Below, piece by piece: positions 29,750-38,892 of a DNA stretch of 64,000 bases. How positions within the stretch are numbered: position 1 is the first letter of the stretch; each line of letters starts with the position of its first letter. The stretch covers positions 4,959,775-5,023,774 of the forward strand of contig CP070758.1 in NCBI GenBank assembly GCA_020348925.1, given 5' to 3'. The stretch comes from Gemmatimonadota bacterium. GTDB lineage: Bacteria > JBHIER01 > G020348925. The position numbers and the translations under genes were made by a program. Under the pieces are notes generated by a model. The model did no database searches. It worked only from the letters and a program-made list of their open reading frames with translations, and was not told the DNA's origin.

Positions 29750-30745
29750 TCATTCCTCCATAAGGAAATTCCCATTGTTTAATGTATTCTCACCCTTGAA
29801 ATAGAGCGCGTACTGAAAACCCTGCTGTATCGCCGCTGCGCCGTATTCGCCTTTCTTATTGAGAGCGATGAAAGCATCCTGAAAATCAGGTTTTCCTTTG
29901 TGACGTTTAATAATTCTCTCCACTGCTTCCTCGCAAGCCTCCTGGGGCGACATACCGTGGCGCATGTTCTCCACCACCAGAAAACTTCCGCAGACTTTGA
30001 TCACTTCCTCGCCTTTTCCAGTGGCGGCCGCTGCACCGACCTCGTTATCGACATACATACCGGCCCCGATGAGGGGGGAATCGCCGACACGGCCGTGGAT
30101 TTTGTATGCCAGACCTGACGTGGTACAGGCCCCGGAAAGATTTCCTTCGGCGTCGATGGCCACCATACCGATGGTATCATGATCCTCTCTCGGGGGGAGC
30201 CAATCGTCATCGTCGCTCATACCTTGTTTCCAGCGCAGCCATGTCTCCCGAGCTTTATCGGTCAGCAAATCTTCTTCCTTAAAACCATGAGCCTTAGCAA
30301 AGCGAAGGGCTCCTTCACCCACCAGCATGACGTGATCCGTCTCCTCCATCACTTTCCGGGCGACAGAAATTGGATTTTTAATATTTTGTAGAAATGCCAC
30401 AGCCCCGGCATTTCCGTCCGGTCCCATGATGGAGGCATCCAGGGTTACGGTTCCATTCTCATCAGGCCGACCGCCGTACCCCACACTCATCACTTCAGGA
30501 TCACTCTCGGACACATTGACCCCTTTCTCAACAGCATCGAGAGAGGAACCACCCGACGACAACACTTTCATAGCCGCCTCATTGGCTGCCATGCCATGTT
30601 CCCAGGTGGAAATCACGACGGGCTCCCCTGAGAATCCAGGTGAAGCCATGGTGTTGAAGGAGGAAAGATCACGCAGAGTGTAAGCGGCAACACCGGCAAC
30701 GGCAGTAGCTTTTATAAAATCTCTTCGTGTAAATTTCTTTCCCAT
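29750..30745 (-). CDS. Tat-exported N4-(beta-N-acetylglucosaminyl)-L-asparaginase-like Ntn hydrolase
   Basis: TRRDFIK Tat motif, SVGYGGRPD, HD/TIGM autocleavage site, GRVGDSP, ATGKGE. Confidence 0.85.
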   Translation of the reverse strand: MGKKFTRRDFIKATAVAGVAAYTLRDLSSFNTMASPGFSGEPVVISTWEHGMAANEAAMKVLSSGGSSLDAVEKGVNVSESDPEVMSVGYGGRPDENGTVTLDASIMGPDGNAGAVAFLQNIKNPISVARKVMEETDHVMLVGEGALRFAKAHGFKEEDLLTDKARETWLRWKQGMSDDDDWLPPREDHDTIGMVAIDAEGNLSGACTTSGLAYKIHGRVGDSPLIGAGMYVDNEVGAAAATGKGEEVIKVCGSFLVVENMRHGMSPQEACEEAVERIIKRHKGKPDFQDAFIALNKKGEYGAAAIQQGFQYALYFKGENTLNNGNFLMEE

Positions 30746-30783
30746 GAGACACCTACCTAATTAAAAGTGAGAGTCACATCTCC

Positions 30784-31209
30784 TTATACTTCCACATTTC
30801 TCCAAACTTTCATCAACAGCCATTTCAATTGGTTCTTTTCTTCACGGCTAAAATCACCCGTTGCCACCTTGTTTACCTCTGGTGCAAGAGGGAGAAGAGT
30901 TTCCTTCAGACTTTTTCCTTTTTTCGTCAGATATATTTTTATAACACGCCGATCAGTATCGTTGCGACGCCTCTCGACAAGTTTATCCCGTTCCATCCGA
31001 TCCACAATACCTGTGATAGTCGGCCCGTCGAAATAGAGTCTTTTGCCCAGATCCGTCAAGGACAACCCATCCTCCTCCCACAGGACATAGAGTACGGCAT
31101 ACTGGGTGGAAGTAATAGTATGCTCAGCCAGACGAACATCGAGAGCCCGCTTCATCGACCGTGCCGCCCTCGTCATCAAAAAGCCCAGACTGTCGTCAAA
31201 TCGTTCCAC
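30784..31209 (-). CDS. MarR-family transcriptional regulator
   Basis: Winged HTH with ITGIVDRME...DRRVIKIYLTKKG. Confidence 0.92.
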   Translation of the reverse strand: MERFDDSLGFLMTRAARSMKRALDVRLAEHTITSTQYAVLYVLWEEDGLSLTDLGKRLYFDGPTITGIVDRMERDKLVERRRNDTDRRVIKIYLTKKGKSLKETLLPLAPEVNKVATGDFSREEKNQLKWLLMKVWRNVEV

Positions 31210-31234
31210 TGCAATTCCTTAGTATAAGAATATT

Positions 31235-31289
31235 TTGTATACAATTATTTAGCGTGCTAATAATATAGGCGCAAAAAAGCTTTTGTCAA
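31235..31289 (-). promoter_or_regulatory. Promoter of the MarR-bzd cluster with palindromic candidate operators
   Basis: TTGACA (31284-31289), 16 nt, TATATT; palindromes TTAGC-GT-GCTAA (31249-31260) and TTGTATACAA (31235-31244) lie just downstream of the -10. Confidence 0.6.
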
Positions 31290-31539
31290 GAATATTATTT
31301 TGACGAAATTACTCTGGAGAAAAGTAAAAATTAAAGACTGTCAAATGAAGAACTAAATGTCTCCAGTTTGTCGCTTCACTTCTGTATAGTTGTTTGATTT
31401 TGACTATGATACCATAACACCATTGGTGAGAGATAACACTCTTGTAAAAAGGGTCAACTCCTTAAAGGTAGTCACTCCGCTAATTCGGACAGGGATAACC
31501 TCTGTCCCTTCTTCAAAGAACGATTACATCCTCTTCACC

Positions 31540-31748
31540 CTATCCACCTTGTTTCAAACCCCTCTCCTGTAACCATGCATAAAGTACCGGCACAAGGAGG
31601 AGTTGGAGAGGGTGGCGGTGGTGAGACCGCCGATGGCCGCGGAAGCCATGGGTTTCATAACCGCGGAGCCTGTTCCAGTGATAAGCATGACGGAGATGAG
31701 GGCCAGGATCGTGGTGACGATCGTTGTCATGATGAGCCTGAGAAAACC
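31540..31748 (-). pseudogene. Frameshifted remnant of a CusA/CzcA C-terminus
   Basis: LRLIMTTIVTTILALISVMLITGTGSAVMKPMASAAIGGLTTATLS, one-base deletion, then LLLVPVLYAWLQERGLKQGG*. Aligns with the end of the neighbouring CusA. Confidence 0.75.
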
Positions 31749-31797
31749 TTCATCCGTACACCAGATCTTGTGCTATTTTGTCATCAATAGTGATCCC

Positions 31798-32220
31798 CTA
31801 TTGGTCATGCTGTTCGGGCTCTTTTGACGTCTTCTCGATATACTTTTCAGGCTCTTTCTCGAACTTCTCTTTGCACGCCGGGCAGCAAAAGTGGTAGGCA
31901 GAACCTTTGTATACACTGTACGATGCAGTGAGTTTATTGGATTCACCACCCATCACCGGACAGGTCGTGGTCAGATACTTCCCCGGATCCTTGAGGAAGG
32001 CTTCCTTGGCTTCCTCAGAAGCAAAGTAAAGGGTGTACGACACCGGAGCCTCGCTCTTTTTCATGACTTTATTCGTCACAGGACAGACGACCTCGTCGTT
32101 TTCGGTCTTCTTCATCGATTCATGTTGATGCTGTTCAGTCTGTATCTGGGCTTCAATATACAGACTGAAAGCAATAGCAACTACAGCGATGAAGGCTATA
32201 GAAAAAAATATGCGTCTCAT
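31798..32220 (-). CDS. Exported YHS-domain (metal-binding) protein
   Basis: Signal peptide, HQH patch, two CPV...Y(H)F units (FCCPACKEKFEKEPEKY); next to cusA. Confidence 0.8.
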   Translation of the reverse strand: MRRIFFSIAFIAVVAIAFSLYIEAQIQTEQHQHESMKKTENDEVVCPVTNKVMKKSEAPVSYTLYFASEEAKEAFLKDPGKYLTTTCPVMGGESNKLTASYSVYKGSAYHFCCPACKEKFEKEPEKYIEKTSKEPEQHDQ

Positions 32221-32339
32221 TTTCTGCTCCTCCTTCTAAAGAATATGGTTGACAACAGACCTTCATTAGAAATTCAGACCTCTCAAAATCTCTTTCACCT
32301 CCTCTCAACGCAATGAGGAATCATACCGCCTTCAGTAAA

Positions 32340-34573
32340 TCAAGCATTGTCATTCTGAATCTTCGAACTGGTTTTCAATTTGAGCTCCTGAACTGCGCAG
32401 TAGAGCGTCGGCACGACAAAAAGGGTAATAACCTCCAGCAGCATTCCGCCGAAGGACGGTATGGCCATCGGGACCATGACGTCCGAACCGCGCCCGGTCG
32501 ATGTCAGCACGGGGATCAGGGCCAGAATCGTCGTCGCCGTCGTCATCAGACAGGGACGAATTCGCCTTTTCCCGGCGACGACCGTTGCCTCACGAACGGC
32601 GGCAACTGTTGTCGGTTTCTCCTTTTTGAACACCTGATTCAGGTAGGTAGCCATGACCACGCCGTCGTCTGTGGCAATACCGAACAGTGCCAGAAATCCG
32701 ACCCACACGGCAACACTCAGGTTGAGGGTATGCACCTGAAAAAGCTCCTGCATATGGACACCGAAGAGGCTGAAATCAAGAAACCAGGATTGTCCGTAGA
32801 GCCAGATCATGATGAATCCACCGGCCCAGGCGACCATAATCCCGCTGAAGACCATGAGTGTCGTAGGAACCGACTTGAACTGGAAGTAGAGGATCATAAA
32901 AATAATAAAGAGCGCCAGGGGAAGAATGACTGTCAGCTTTTTCTGGGCACGCAGCTGGTTTTCATAGCTTCCCGCGAAGACGTAGCTGACCCCAACCGGA
33001 AGGTCGAATTCACCTCTTTCAATCTTTTCACGCAGGTAATTCTGGCAATCCTCGACCACATCAACCTCGGCATAACCGGGTTTCTTGTCGAAGATGACGT
33101 AGCCGACCAGAAATGTGTCCTCACTTTTGATGGCCTGAGGACCACGGACATAACGAATGTCCGCCAGCTGGATGAGCGGGATCTGGGTACCGTCAGGAGC
33201 CGCGACCAGGATGTCCCCAAGCGTTTCGATCTGATCCCGGAGTTCCCGCTGGTATCGAACGCGAACCGGGTATCGCTCCCTACCCTCCACCGTGGTGGTG
33301 ATGCGTCTTCCACCGATAGCCACCTCGATCACATCCTGGACGTTCCGTATATGGATCCCGTAACGGGCAATGGCCTCACGGTTTATGTCAATCTCCAGAT
33401 AAGGCTTGCCCACAATTCGGTCAGCTATCACGGCACTGGGCTCCACCGAAGGCACCTCCTTCAGGTACCTCTCAATCTGGTATCCGACCTTCTCTATGGT
33501 TTCCAGATCCGGCCCCTTCACTTTGACTCCCATGGGGGCTCTCATCCCGCTCTGAAGCATGACAATTCGGGCGGCTATAGGCTGAAGTCTTGGTGCCGAT
33601 GTCGTCCCCGGCACGCGACTGGCCTTGACGATCTCATCCCAGATGTCATCCGGTTCCTTGATATGAGAACGCCACTGTCTGAAGGGCCGGCCGTCGGAGT
33701 CGGGAATCAGTTCCCCGTAATCATCGCGCACAAATTCCCCGCGTTTTTTATCATAGCGGAAACGTACCCGATGGCCGTCTTTGTCGACGATGTATTCCGG
33801 TTTATAATTGATGACGGTCTCGATCATCGAGATAGGTGCCGGATCGAGGGGGCTTTCGACACGTCCTATCTTCCCCACAACACTCTCCACCTCGGGAATG
33901 GCCCGGATGGCCATATCCTGCTTCTGAAGCACATCCAGACATTCGCCAATGGAGGCATGGGGCATGGTCGTCGGCATCAACAGATACGAACCCTCATCCA
34001 GGGGAGGCATGAACTCCTTCCCCAATCCGGGAAATGTATGACTGACGGTCGTTACCAGAGGAATTGATCTGATCCGATCGGGCAAGAATCCAAAGATCCT
34101 GTCAAAACCCAGCCAGACGATCCCCCCTAGAAGGACCAGGAGCGTAGGTATCGAGAGAAAGAGCACCTTATGCGCGAGGCACCAGCGCAGGATTCTTTCG
34201 TAATAACGCTTAAATATCTGGAGAAAAATAAGGAGACCGCCTATAATAAGGGCCACGAATATGAGATTCAGCAACAGTCCTTTTTCCGGGCCGATTGGCA
34301 CCCAATGCATGGCCAGGAGAATCCCCACAATAATGACAGCCAATCCATTCACCCCGTAAGGAATAACCTTGAGAATCTTCCCCGACAGATACCGTTTCAA
34401 GAACGGATAGCCTCCCACCAGGACAACGATGAATCCCACCCACCACGAGAGAAAGATGCTTATCACTATACCAACGATCATTAATAATCCGAACAGGATT
34501 GCTCTGAGCTTTTTACCGTTGACCCTGCCGGCGAATATGATGTGAGCAAAGGACGGAATGATTGTCAGGGCTA
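32340..34573 (-). CDS. cusA: CusA/CzcA heavy-metal RND permease, 3' part (5' end lost at N gap)
   Basis: GKEFMPPLDEG, DPAPISMIET, GRERYPVRVRY, GFLALFGIATDDGVV, RIRPCLMTTATT. Confidence 0.9.
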
Positions 34574-34673
34574 NNNNNNNNNNNNNNNNNNNNNNNNNNN
34601 NNNNNNNNNNNNNNNNNNNNNNNNNNNNNNNNNNNNNNNNNNNNNNNNNNNNNNNNNNNNNNNNNNNNNNNNN
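34574..34673. other. Assembly gap (100 N)
   Basis: Run of N; unrelated ORFs on either side. Confidence 0.99.
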
Positions 34674-34809
34674 ATCCTTCACCCAGATAACGCGGCGGCG
34701 AGGCATCCATGGAAAAACCATCGTAGGATCCGCCCAGGTACTTTCCGCAGTCAAATCCTTCACCCAGATAACGCGGCGGCGAGGCATCCATGGAAAAACC
34801 ATCGTAGGA
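34674..34809. repeat. 81-bp-period in-frame tandem repeat (55-nt identical core seen twice)
   Basis: ATCCTTCACCCAGATAACGCGGCGGCGAGGCATCCATGGAAAAACCATCGTAGGA at 34674 and 34755. Confidence 0.9.
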
Positions 34810-34905
34810 ACCACCGTGGTATTTATAGGCGTTCTGAGCAATGGCCGCAATAGTAACGAGCAGGACTGTGAATAGTAATAACAATGTTATTTGTTTATTG
34901 TTCAT
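34674..34905 (-). CDS. Secreted tandem-repeat protein, 5' fragment
   Basis: Signal peptide MNNKQITLLLLFTVLLVTIAAIA, then a 27-aa repeat KYxGGSYDGFSMDASPPRYLGEG; runs into the gap. Confidence 0.75.
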
Positions 34906-34942
34906 AGTAACTACTTTTCAATTGTAATCATTTATTATACCC

Positions 34943-35023
34943 TGTCATTCTGAGGTCCCTGACCGAAGAATCTCTATGCGTTTGAGTGAGATTCTTCGCT
35001 CGTTTCACTCGCTCAGAATGACA
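34943..35023. repeat. GTCATT...AATGAC palindromic element, copy 2
   Basis: TGTCATTCTGAG...CGAAGAATCTC...GAGATTCTTCG...CTCAGAATGACA. Confidence 0.85.
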
Positions 35024-35040
35024 ACATTGGAAGCAGGCCC

Positions 35041-36510
35041 CTAAGGCGCCACGCGAACACCCCGAAAACCGAAATAGCTGTACCGATACGTGTGCGCGAC
35101 GCCTGCGTCGGAGCGAGCAGACACGCGCCCGACCGAAGCAGAGGCGATCCAAACGCCACCGCGAAAGCCGGCGCCTGTGGCCCCTGTTACCTCACCCCCA
35201 CTGTAGCCCGGCCAATCAGAGTTCGTAGCATTACCATCGGAACTGCCATCATCGCTCAAGGCCCCATCTCCATGGGTCCCGGTAAATCCTCTGCCAGTAG
35301 CATTCCCGACAGTGACCGGCCTTTCATACAGATTACCGCTCATCTCCATGACACCGTAATAGCTTGCGCCGGCCTCTGCTCTTGAGGAACTGCCCGTGGC
35401 AAAGATGCCGCAGCGCAAGGGACCGTTTATACTGCCAGCGGTTGTTGTGTAAGATGCATTTCCTGTAGGGTCACTGGCCGCATTACTGACAGTTGCATTG
35501 GGTGTGCCATCATTGTTCAACGTATACGCCCAATTCGCAATTTGTGCGTTTCCCCAGGCATACTCATCATCGACGACAGCCTGCGTACCTCTACAAACTT
35601 TCTCAAATTCCAGCTCAGTCATGGGCCGCAGGCCGGCCCAGTCCGCATAGGCCGCCCCGTCCATCCAGCTCAAGTAATTGCAGGCCCTGTCAGGCACACC
35701 GGCAGTACGACTCCCCTGCGTTCCGCCGATTGTGTGACGGTAATTCCCGTTTTGATTGGGGAAGCGGGTTCCGTCCTGCGTAGTCGTGAGAGTATTGAGA
35801 AAGTCCGCGTACTGCTCCTGGCTGACCTCGTACTTCATGCAGTAAAAGGCAGCGTAGCCTTTGGGGAAAGCAGCAGGGAGCGTGGATGTCTCAATATAAC
35901 CACTATCTTTTGCCCACAGGTAGCCACTGGTTTGGCCAATGTTTATGGCTCCTTCACCGGTTATCTGAAAAGGTCCGCTCGTCCCATATTCATAAAAACA
36001 ATATTGCTGGTCTGCATCGGCATCGCCCACATAGAACCCCCCCTCCGGGATATAGACCATCTCAAGGGCAAAAACTTTTACCTTGACAATGGTACCATCG
36101 GGAACTCCGTTGGCCCCGTACTCCCAGCGGAGCTGCACACCGGCAAGGTTTGTATTGCCACTGCCGTTTGCGCTGCGATAGATGAAAACACCCATACCGT
36201 TTCCGCCGGTCAATCCCACCGAGCAGGTGTAGCCTCCGGGGATGGTGTGGTTGCCGGCCGTGGTATTGAGATAGGCGTGGTGCCAGTCGCCGCCGGCCAT
36301 CTGGTACTTGACGAATACCCAGGCAGCGTCCCAGTTCACATTATCCCGCCATGAGTTCTCCCAGGAGAGATCGAACTGGACCAAGGCGTAGTGATCGATG
36401 GTGTTCGGCCCGGTAATAAAGGTTGAACTCACATCGATATGATTGGCGTAACCGGGCAGGGCTAAGGCTGTGATGAGAATGAGAATCTGAAGAGAATATA
36501 CCTTTTTCAT
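35041..36510 (-). CDS. Secreted FGE-sulfatase/C-type-lectin-fold protein; probable DGR target
   Basis: Signal peptide, FDLSWENSWRD..NWDAAWVFVKY, MKYEVSQEQY, RPMTELEFEKVCRG, YGVMEMSGNLYE, C-terminal RGG.W...R...R...GFRGVR. Confidence 0.85.
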   Translation of the reverse strand: MKKVYSLQILILITALALPGYANHIDVSSTFITGPNTIDHYALVQFDLSWENSWRDNVNWDAAWVFVKYQMAGGDWHHAYLNTTAGNHTIPGGYTCSVGLTGGNGMGVFIYRSANGSGNTNLAGVQLRWEYGANGVPDGTIVKVKVFALEMVYIPEGGFYVGDADADQQYCFYEYGTSGPFQITGEGAINIGQTSGYLWAKDSGYIETSTLPAAFPKGYAAFYCMKYEVSQEQYADFLNTLTTTQDGTRFPNQNGNYRHTIGGTQGSRTAGVPDRACNYLSWMDGAAYADWAGLRPMTELEFEKVCRGTQAVVDDEYAWGNAQIANWAYTLNNDGTPNATVSNAASDPTGNASYTTTAGSINGPLRCGIFATGSSSRAEAGASYYGVMEMSGNLYERPVTVGNATGRGFTGTHGDGALSDDGSSDGNATNSDWPGYSGGEVTGATGAGFRGGVWIASASVGRVSARSDAGVAHTYRYSYFGFRGVRVAP

Positions 36511-36624
36511 TGCTTCTTCCTCCTTTGAGAAGTATACATTTTAGAATTGGGTGTTGACCATTTTTTCGGCCCAAATGGTCAGAGATAGAATTCTTTTGTT
36601 CGGACTTCTGACAAATTCACATTC

Positions 36625-36653
36625 AATATACGGCTTAATGTATTTTCAGTCAA
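36625..36653 (-). promoter_or_regulatory. Putative sigma70 promoter of the CLec gene
   Basis: TTGACT-17 nt-TATATT. Confidence 0.6.
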
Positions 36654-36716
36654 GTATATTCTATTTTTAATGTCTTACGCTTCTAAACTGGATAATGAGT
36701 AAATAAAAACAAAAGC

Positions 36717-36824
36717 TGTCATTCCTGCGCATGCAGAGCTTGCCCCGCATTTATTACGGGGAACCTCCTCGATTTGCAAAACAGACTCTCAATGAGGGAG
36801 ATTCCGGGATAAACCCGGAATGAC
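36717..36824. repeat. GTCATT...AATGAC palindromic element, copy 3 (degenerate)
   Basis: TGTCATTCCTGCGCATGCAG...GATTCCGGGATAAACCCGGAATGAC. Confidence 0.7.
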
Positions 36825-36945
36825 CTATCACAGAATCGTGGATAGTAAGGCGGTACAATGTTCAAACCAACATTCTTTTTAACTCTATAAATATTTTTAT
36901 ATTACGTTACATTTACGTTGATTTTATTAATAATCCAAGCGAATT

Positions 36946-37533
36946 TCATTCTTGAGTTTTACCCCCGGAAATAATGGATTTGGCGATTTCAACCATTTTG
37001 ACATTTCCCTCCCGGCTCAGTTGTTGCAGCCGACGATGCGCCTCATCTTCAGAAATGCCAAACTGTTTCACAAGAATCCATTTTGCCTTCTCAATGAATT
37101 TTTTATTCTCCAGAGTTTCTTTCATAATTGAAACCGCACTTGCCAAAGATTGACGCTCTCTGAATCGATCGATGGCCAATGTTATGGCCGGCTTTAAATC
37201 CTCATCAGTAACGGGTTTCACCAAATAGGTCGATATTCCAATATCTGAAGCTCTCTCAATGAACGATTTCTCTGAATAGGCCGTCAGAATAATCACCGGA
37301 GTCGGCCTTTTTTGAAGAATCTCTTCGGCCGCATCAAGCCCATTCAGCCCGGACATTTTAATGTCCATGAGAATTAGATCCGGTCGCACCCGCTCCGCGT
37401 GGAGAATGGCCTCTTTCCCGTCTCTTGCTATTGCAACGACGCTATGCCCCATCCCTTCAAGCGTCTTTTTCAAACTCAGAACAGTGACCGACTCATCCTC
37501 GGCAATGAGTATTCGCAATCTGTTCTCACCCAT
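36946..37533 (-). CDS. ANTAR-domain response regulator (REC + ANTAR)
   Basis: ILIAEDE, LMDIKM, YLVKP; C-terminal IEKAKWILVKQFGISEDEAHRRLQQLS. Confidence 0.92.
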   Translation of the reverse strand: MGENRLRILIAEDESVTVLSLKKTLEGMGHSVVAIARDGKEAILHAERVRPDLILMDIKMSGLNGLDAAEEILQKRPTPVIILTAYSEKSFIERASDIGISTYLVKPVTDEDLKPAITLAIDRFRERQSLASAVSIMKETLENKKFIEKAKWILVKQFGISEDEAHRRLQQLSREGNVKMVEIAKSIISGGKTQE

Positions 37534-37635
37534 GGGGAACCCCTGTTCACTTCATGTGAAATGTCTGCTATAAAAGCATCATTTCTACATATTTTCTACC
37601 GAACTCCACTTTTGCTCATGCTTCGAAAGAAAACA

Positions 37636-38892
37636 TCACGGGAAGATCCCTCTTTGTTCCATGGCAACAGCCACTTTCTTAATAGCAATCATCATGGCAG
37701 CCGTACGCATATCCACCTTCTCTTTCGTCGAAAGTTCCCAGACCGTATCGAAGGCACTCACCATGATATTTTTAAGATTCTGATTGATCTCATCGAGGTC
37801 CCAAAAGAAGGACTGAATTCCCTGAACCCATTCGAAATAGGAGACCACAACGCCCCCACTGTTGGCCAGAATATCCGGGGCCACGATAACGCCTTTATCG
37901 TGCAGGATATTATCCGCCTCAGGTGTTGTGGGACCGTTGGCGCCTTCTACGATCATTTTCGCGCGAATGTTGTCACCGTTTTTCTCGTTGATTTGGTTCT
38001 CCAGGGCTGCAGGAACGAGTAAGTCTACATCCAAGGTCAACAGTTCCTCATTGGAGATGACTTCAACCCCATCCCCCTCGTAACCGGCCAGCAGATGATT
38101 CTTCGACGTTTCTGTGTATTGAATCATCCCATCGATGTCAAGACCATCTCCTTTAAAATATCCTCCTGAAGCATCGCTCGCGGCCACGATGCGACACCCC
38201 TCCTTCCGGATAAGATCAGCAGCCACAGAGCCGACATTGCCAAATCCCTGAACGGCGACCGTGACATCCTCAGGATTTTTCCCCAAGCGTCTCAGCAGCT
38301 CCATGGTCGTAATCATCACACCGCGTCCTGTCGCTTCCCTCCGCCCGAGAGAACCACCGAGTTCAATCGATTTCCCTGTGACGATATCCAATGTCGTTGC
38401 GGCTTCCAACATACTTACCGTGTCCATAATCCAGCCCATGGTCTCCGAGGACGTGTTCACATCCGGGGCCGGAATATCATGTCTCGGCCCAATAATGGGT
38501 AAGATGCCAAAGGTGTAACGACGGGTCATGCGCATTATTTCCGATTTCGACATGGTCAGCGGATCGCACTGAACGCCTCCCTTGGCCCCACCATACGGAA
38601 TATTGACCACGGCGCATTTCCACGTCATCCACGCCGCCAGGGCTTTGACCTCATCCAGACTCACATCAGGATGATATCGAATCCCACCTTTACACGGGCC
38701 TCGGGCGCTGTTGTACTGAACCCTGTGTCCGGTAAACACCTCAATACGACCGTCATCCATTTGGATTGGCACTGATACCGTTAGTTCCCTTTCCGGTTGC
38801 CGTAACATACGATGCATATTTTCATCCAAACCGATGATCTCGGCCGTCGTGTCAAGCTGTTTCAAAACCATTCCAAAGACACCATTCTCCAT
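37636..38892 (-). CDS. gdhA: Glu/Leu/Phe/Val dehydrogenase (glutamate dehydrogenase)
   Basis: GPCKGGIRYHP, GGAKGG, DIPAPDV, GRREATGRG, QGFGNVG, EGANGP, VSYFEWVQ; AGGAGG RBS. Confidence 0.92.
   Translation of the reverse strand: MENGVFGMVLKQLDTTAEIIGLDENMHRMLRQPERELTVSVPIQMDDGRIEVFTGHRVQYNSARGPCKGGIRYHPDVSLDEVKALAAWMTWKCAVVNIPYGGAKGGVQCDPLTMSKSEIMRMTRRYTFGILPIIGPRHDIPAPDVNTSSETMGWIMDTVSMLEAATTLDIVTGKSIELGGSLGRREATGRGVMITTMELLRRLGKNPEDVTVAVQGFGNVGSVAADLIRKEGCRIVAASDASGGYFKGDGLDIDGMIQYTETSKNHLLAGYEGDGVEVISNEELLTLDVDLLVPAALENQINEKNGDNIRAKMIVEGANGPTTPEADNILHDKGVIVAPDILANSGGVVVSYFEWVQGIQSFFWDLDEINQNLKNIMVSAFDTVWELSTKEKVDMRTAAMMIAIKKVAVAMEQRGIFP

Noticed and set aside
32313-34067. Long plus-strand ORFs (this 584-aa one; also 3254-4387, 7114-8085, 9103-10245, 19436-20377)
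   Set aside because: Antisense shadows of well-supported minus-strand genes, with no recognisable motifs.
34674-34809. CRISPR-like direct repeats
   Set aside because: Only two copies, a 55-nt core with an 81-nt (in-frame) period inside a signal-peptide ORF, and no cas genes; this is a coding repeat.
32340-34905. ORF-track calls spanning the N gap (32340..34850, 34513..34905) as single genes
   Set aside because: They are chimeras read through Ns; CusA and the repeat protein are separate fragments.
37540-37600. ANTAR dual-hairpin motif upstream of the ANTAR gene (AGAAATGATGCT; TTCACATGAAGTGAA)
   Set aside because: The first stem is mismatched and the second loop has 5 nt instead of 6; too degenerate to call.
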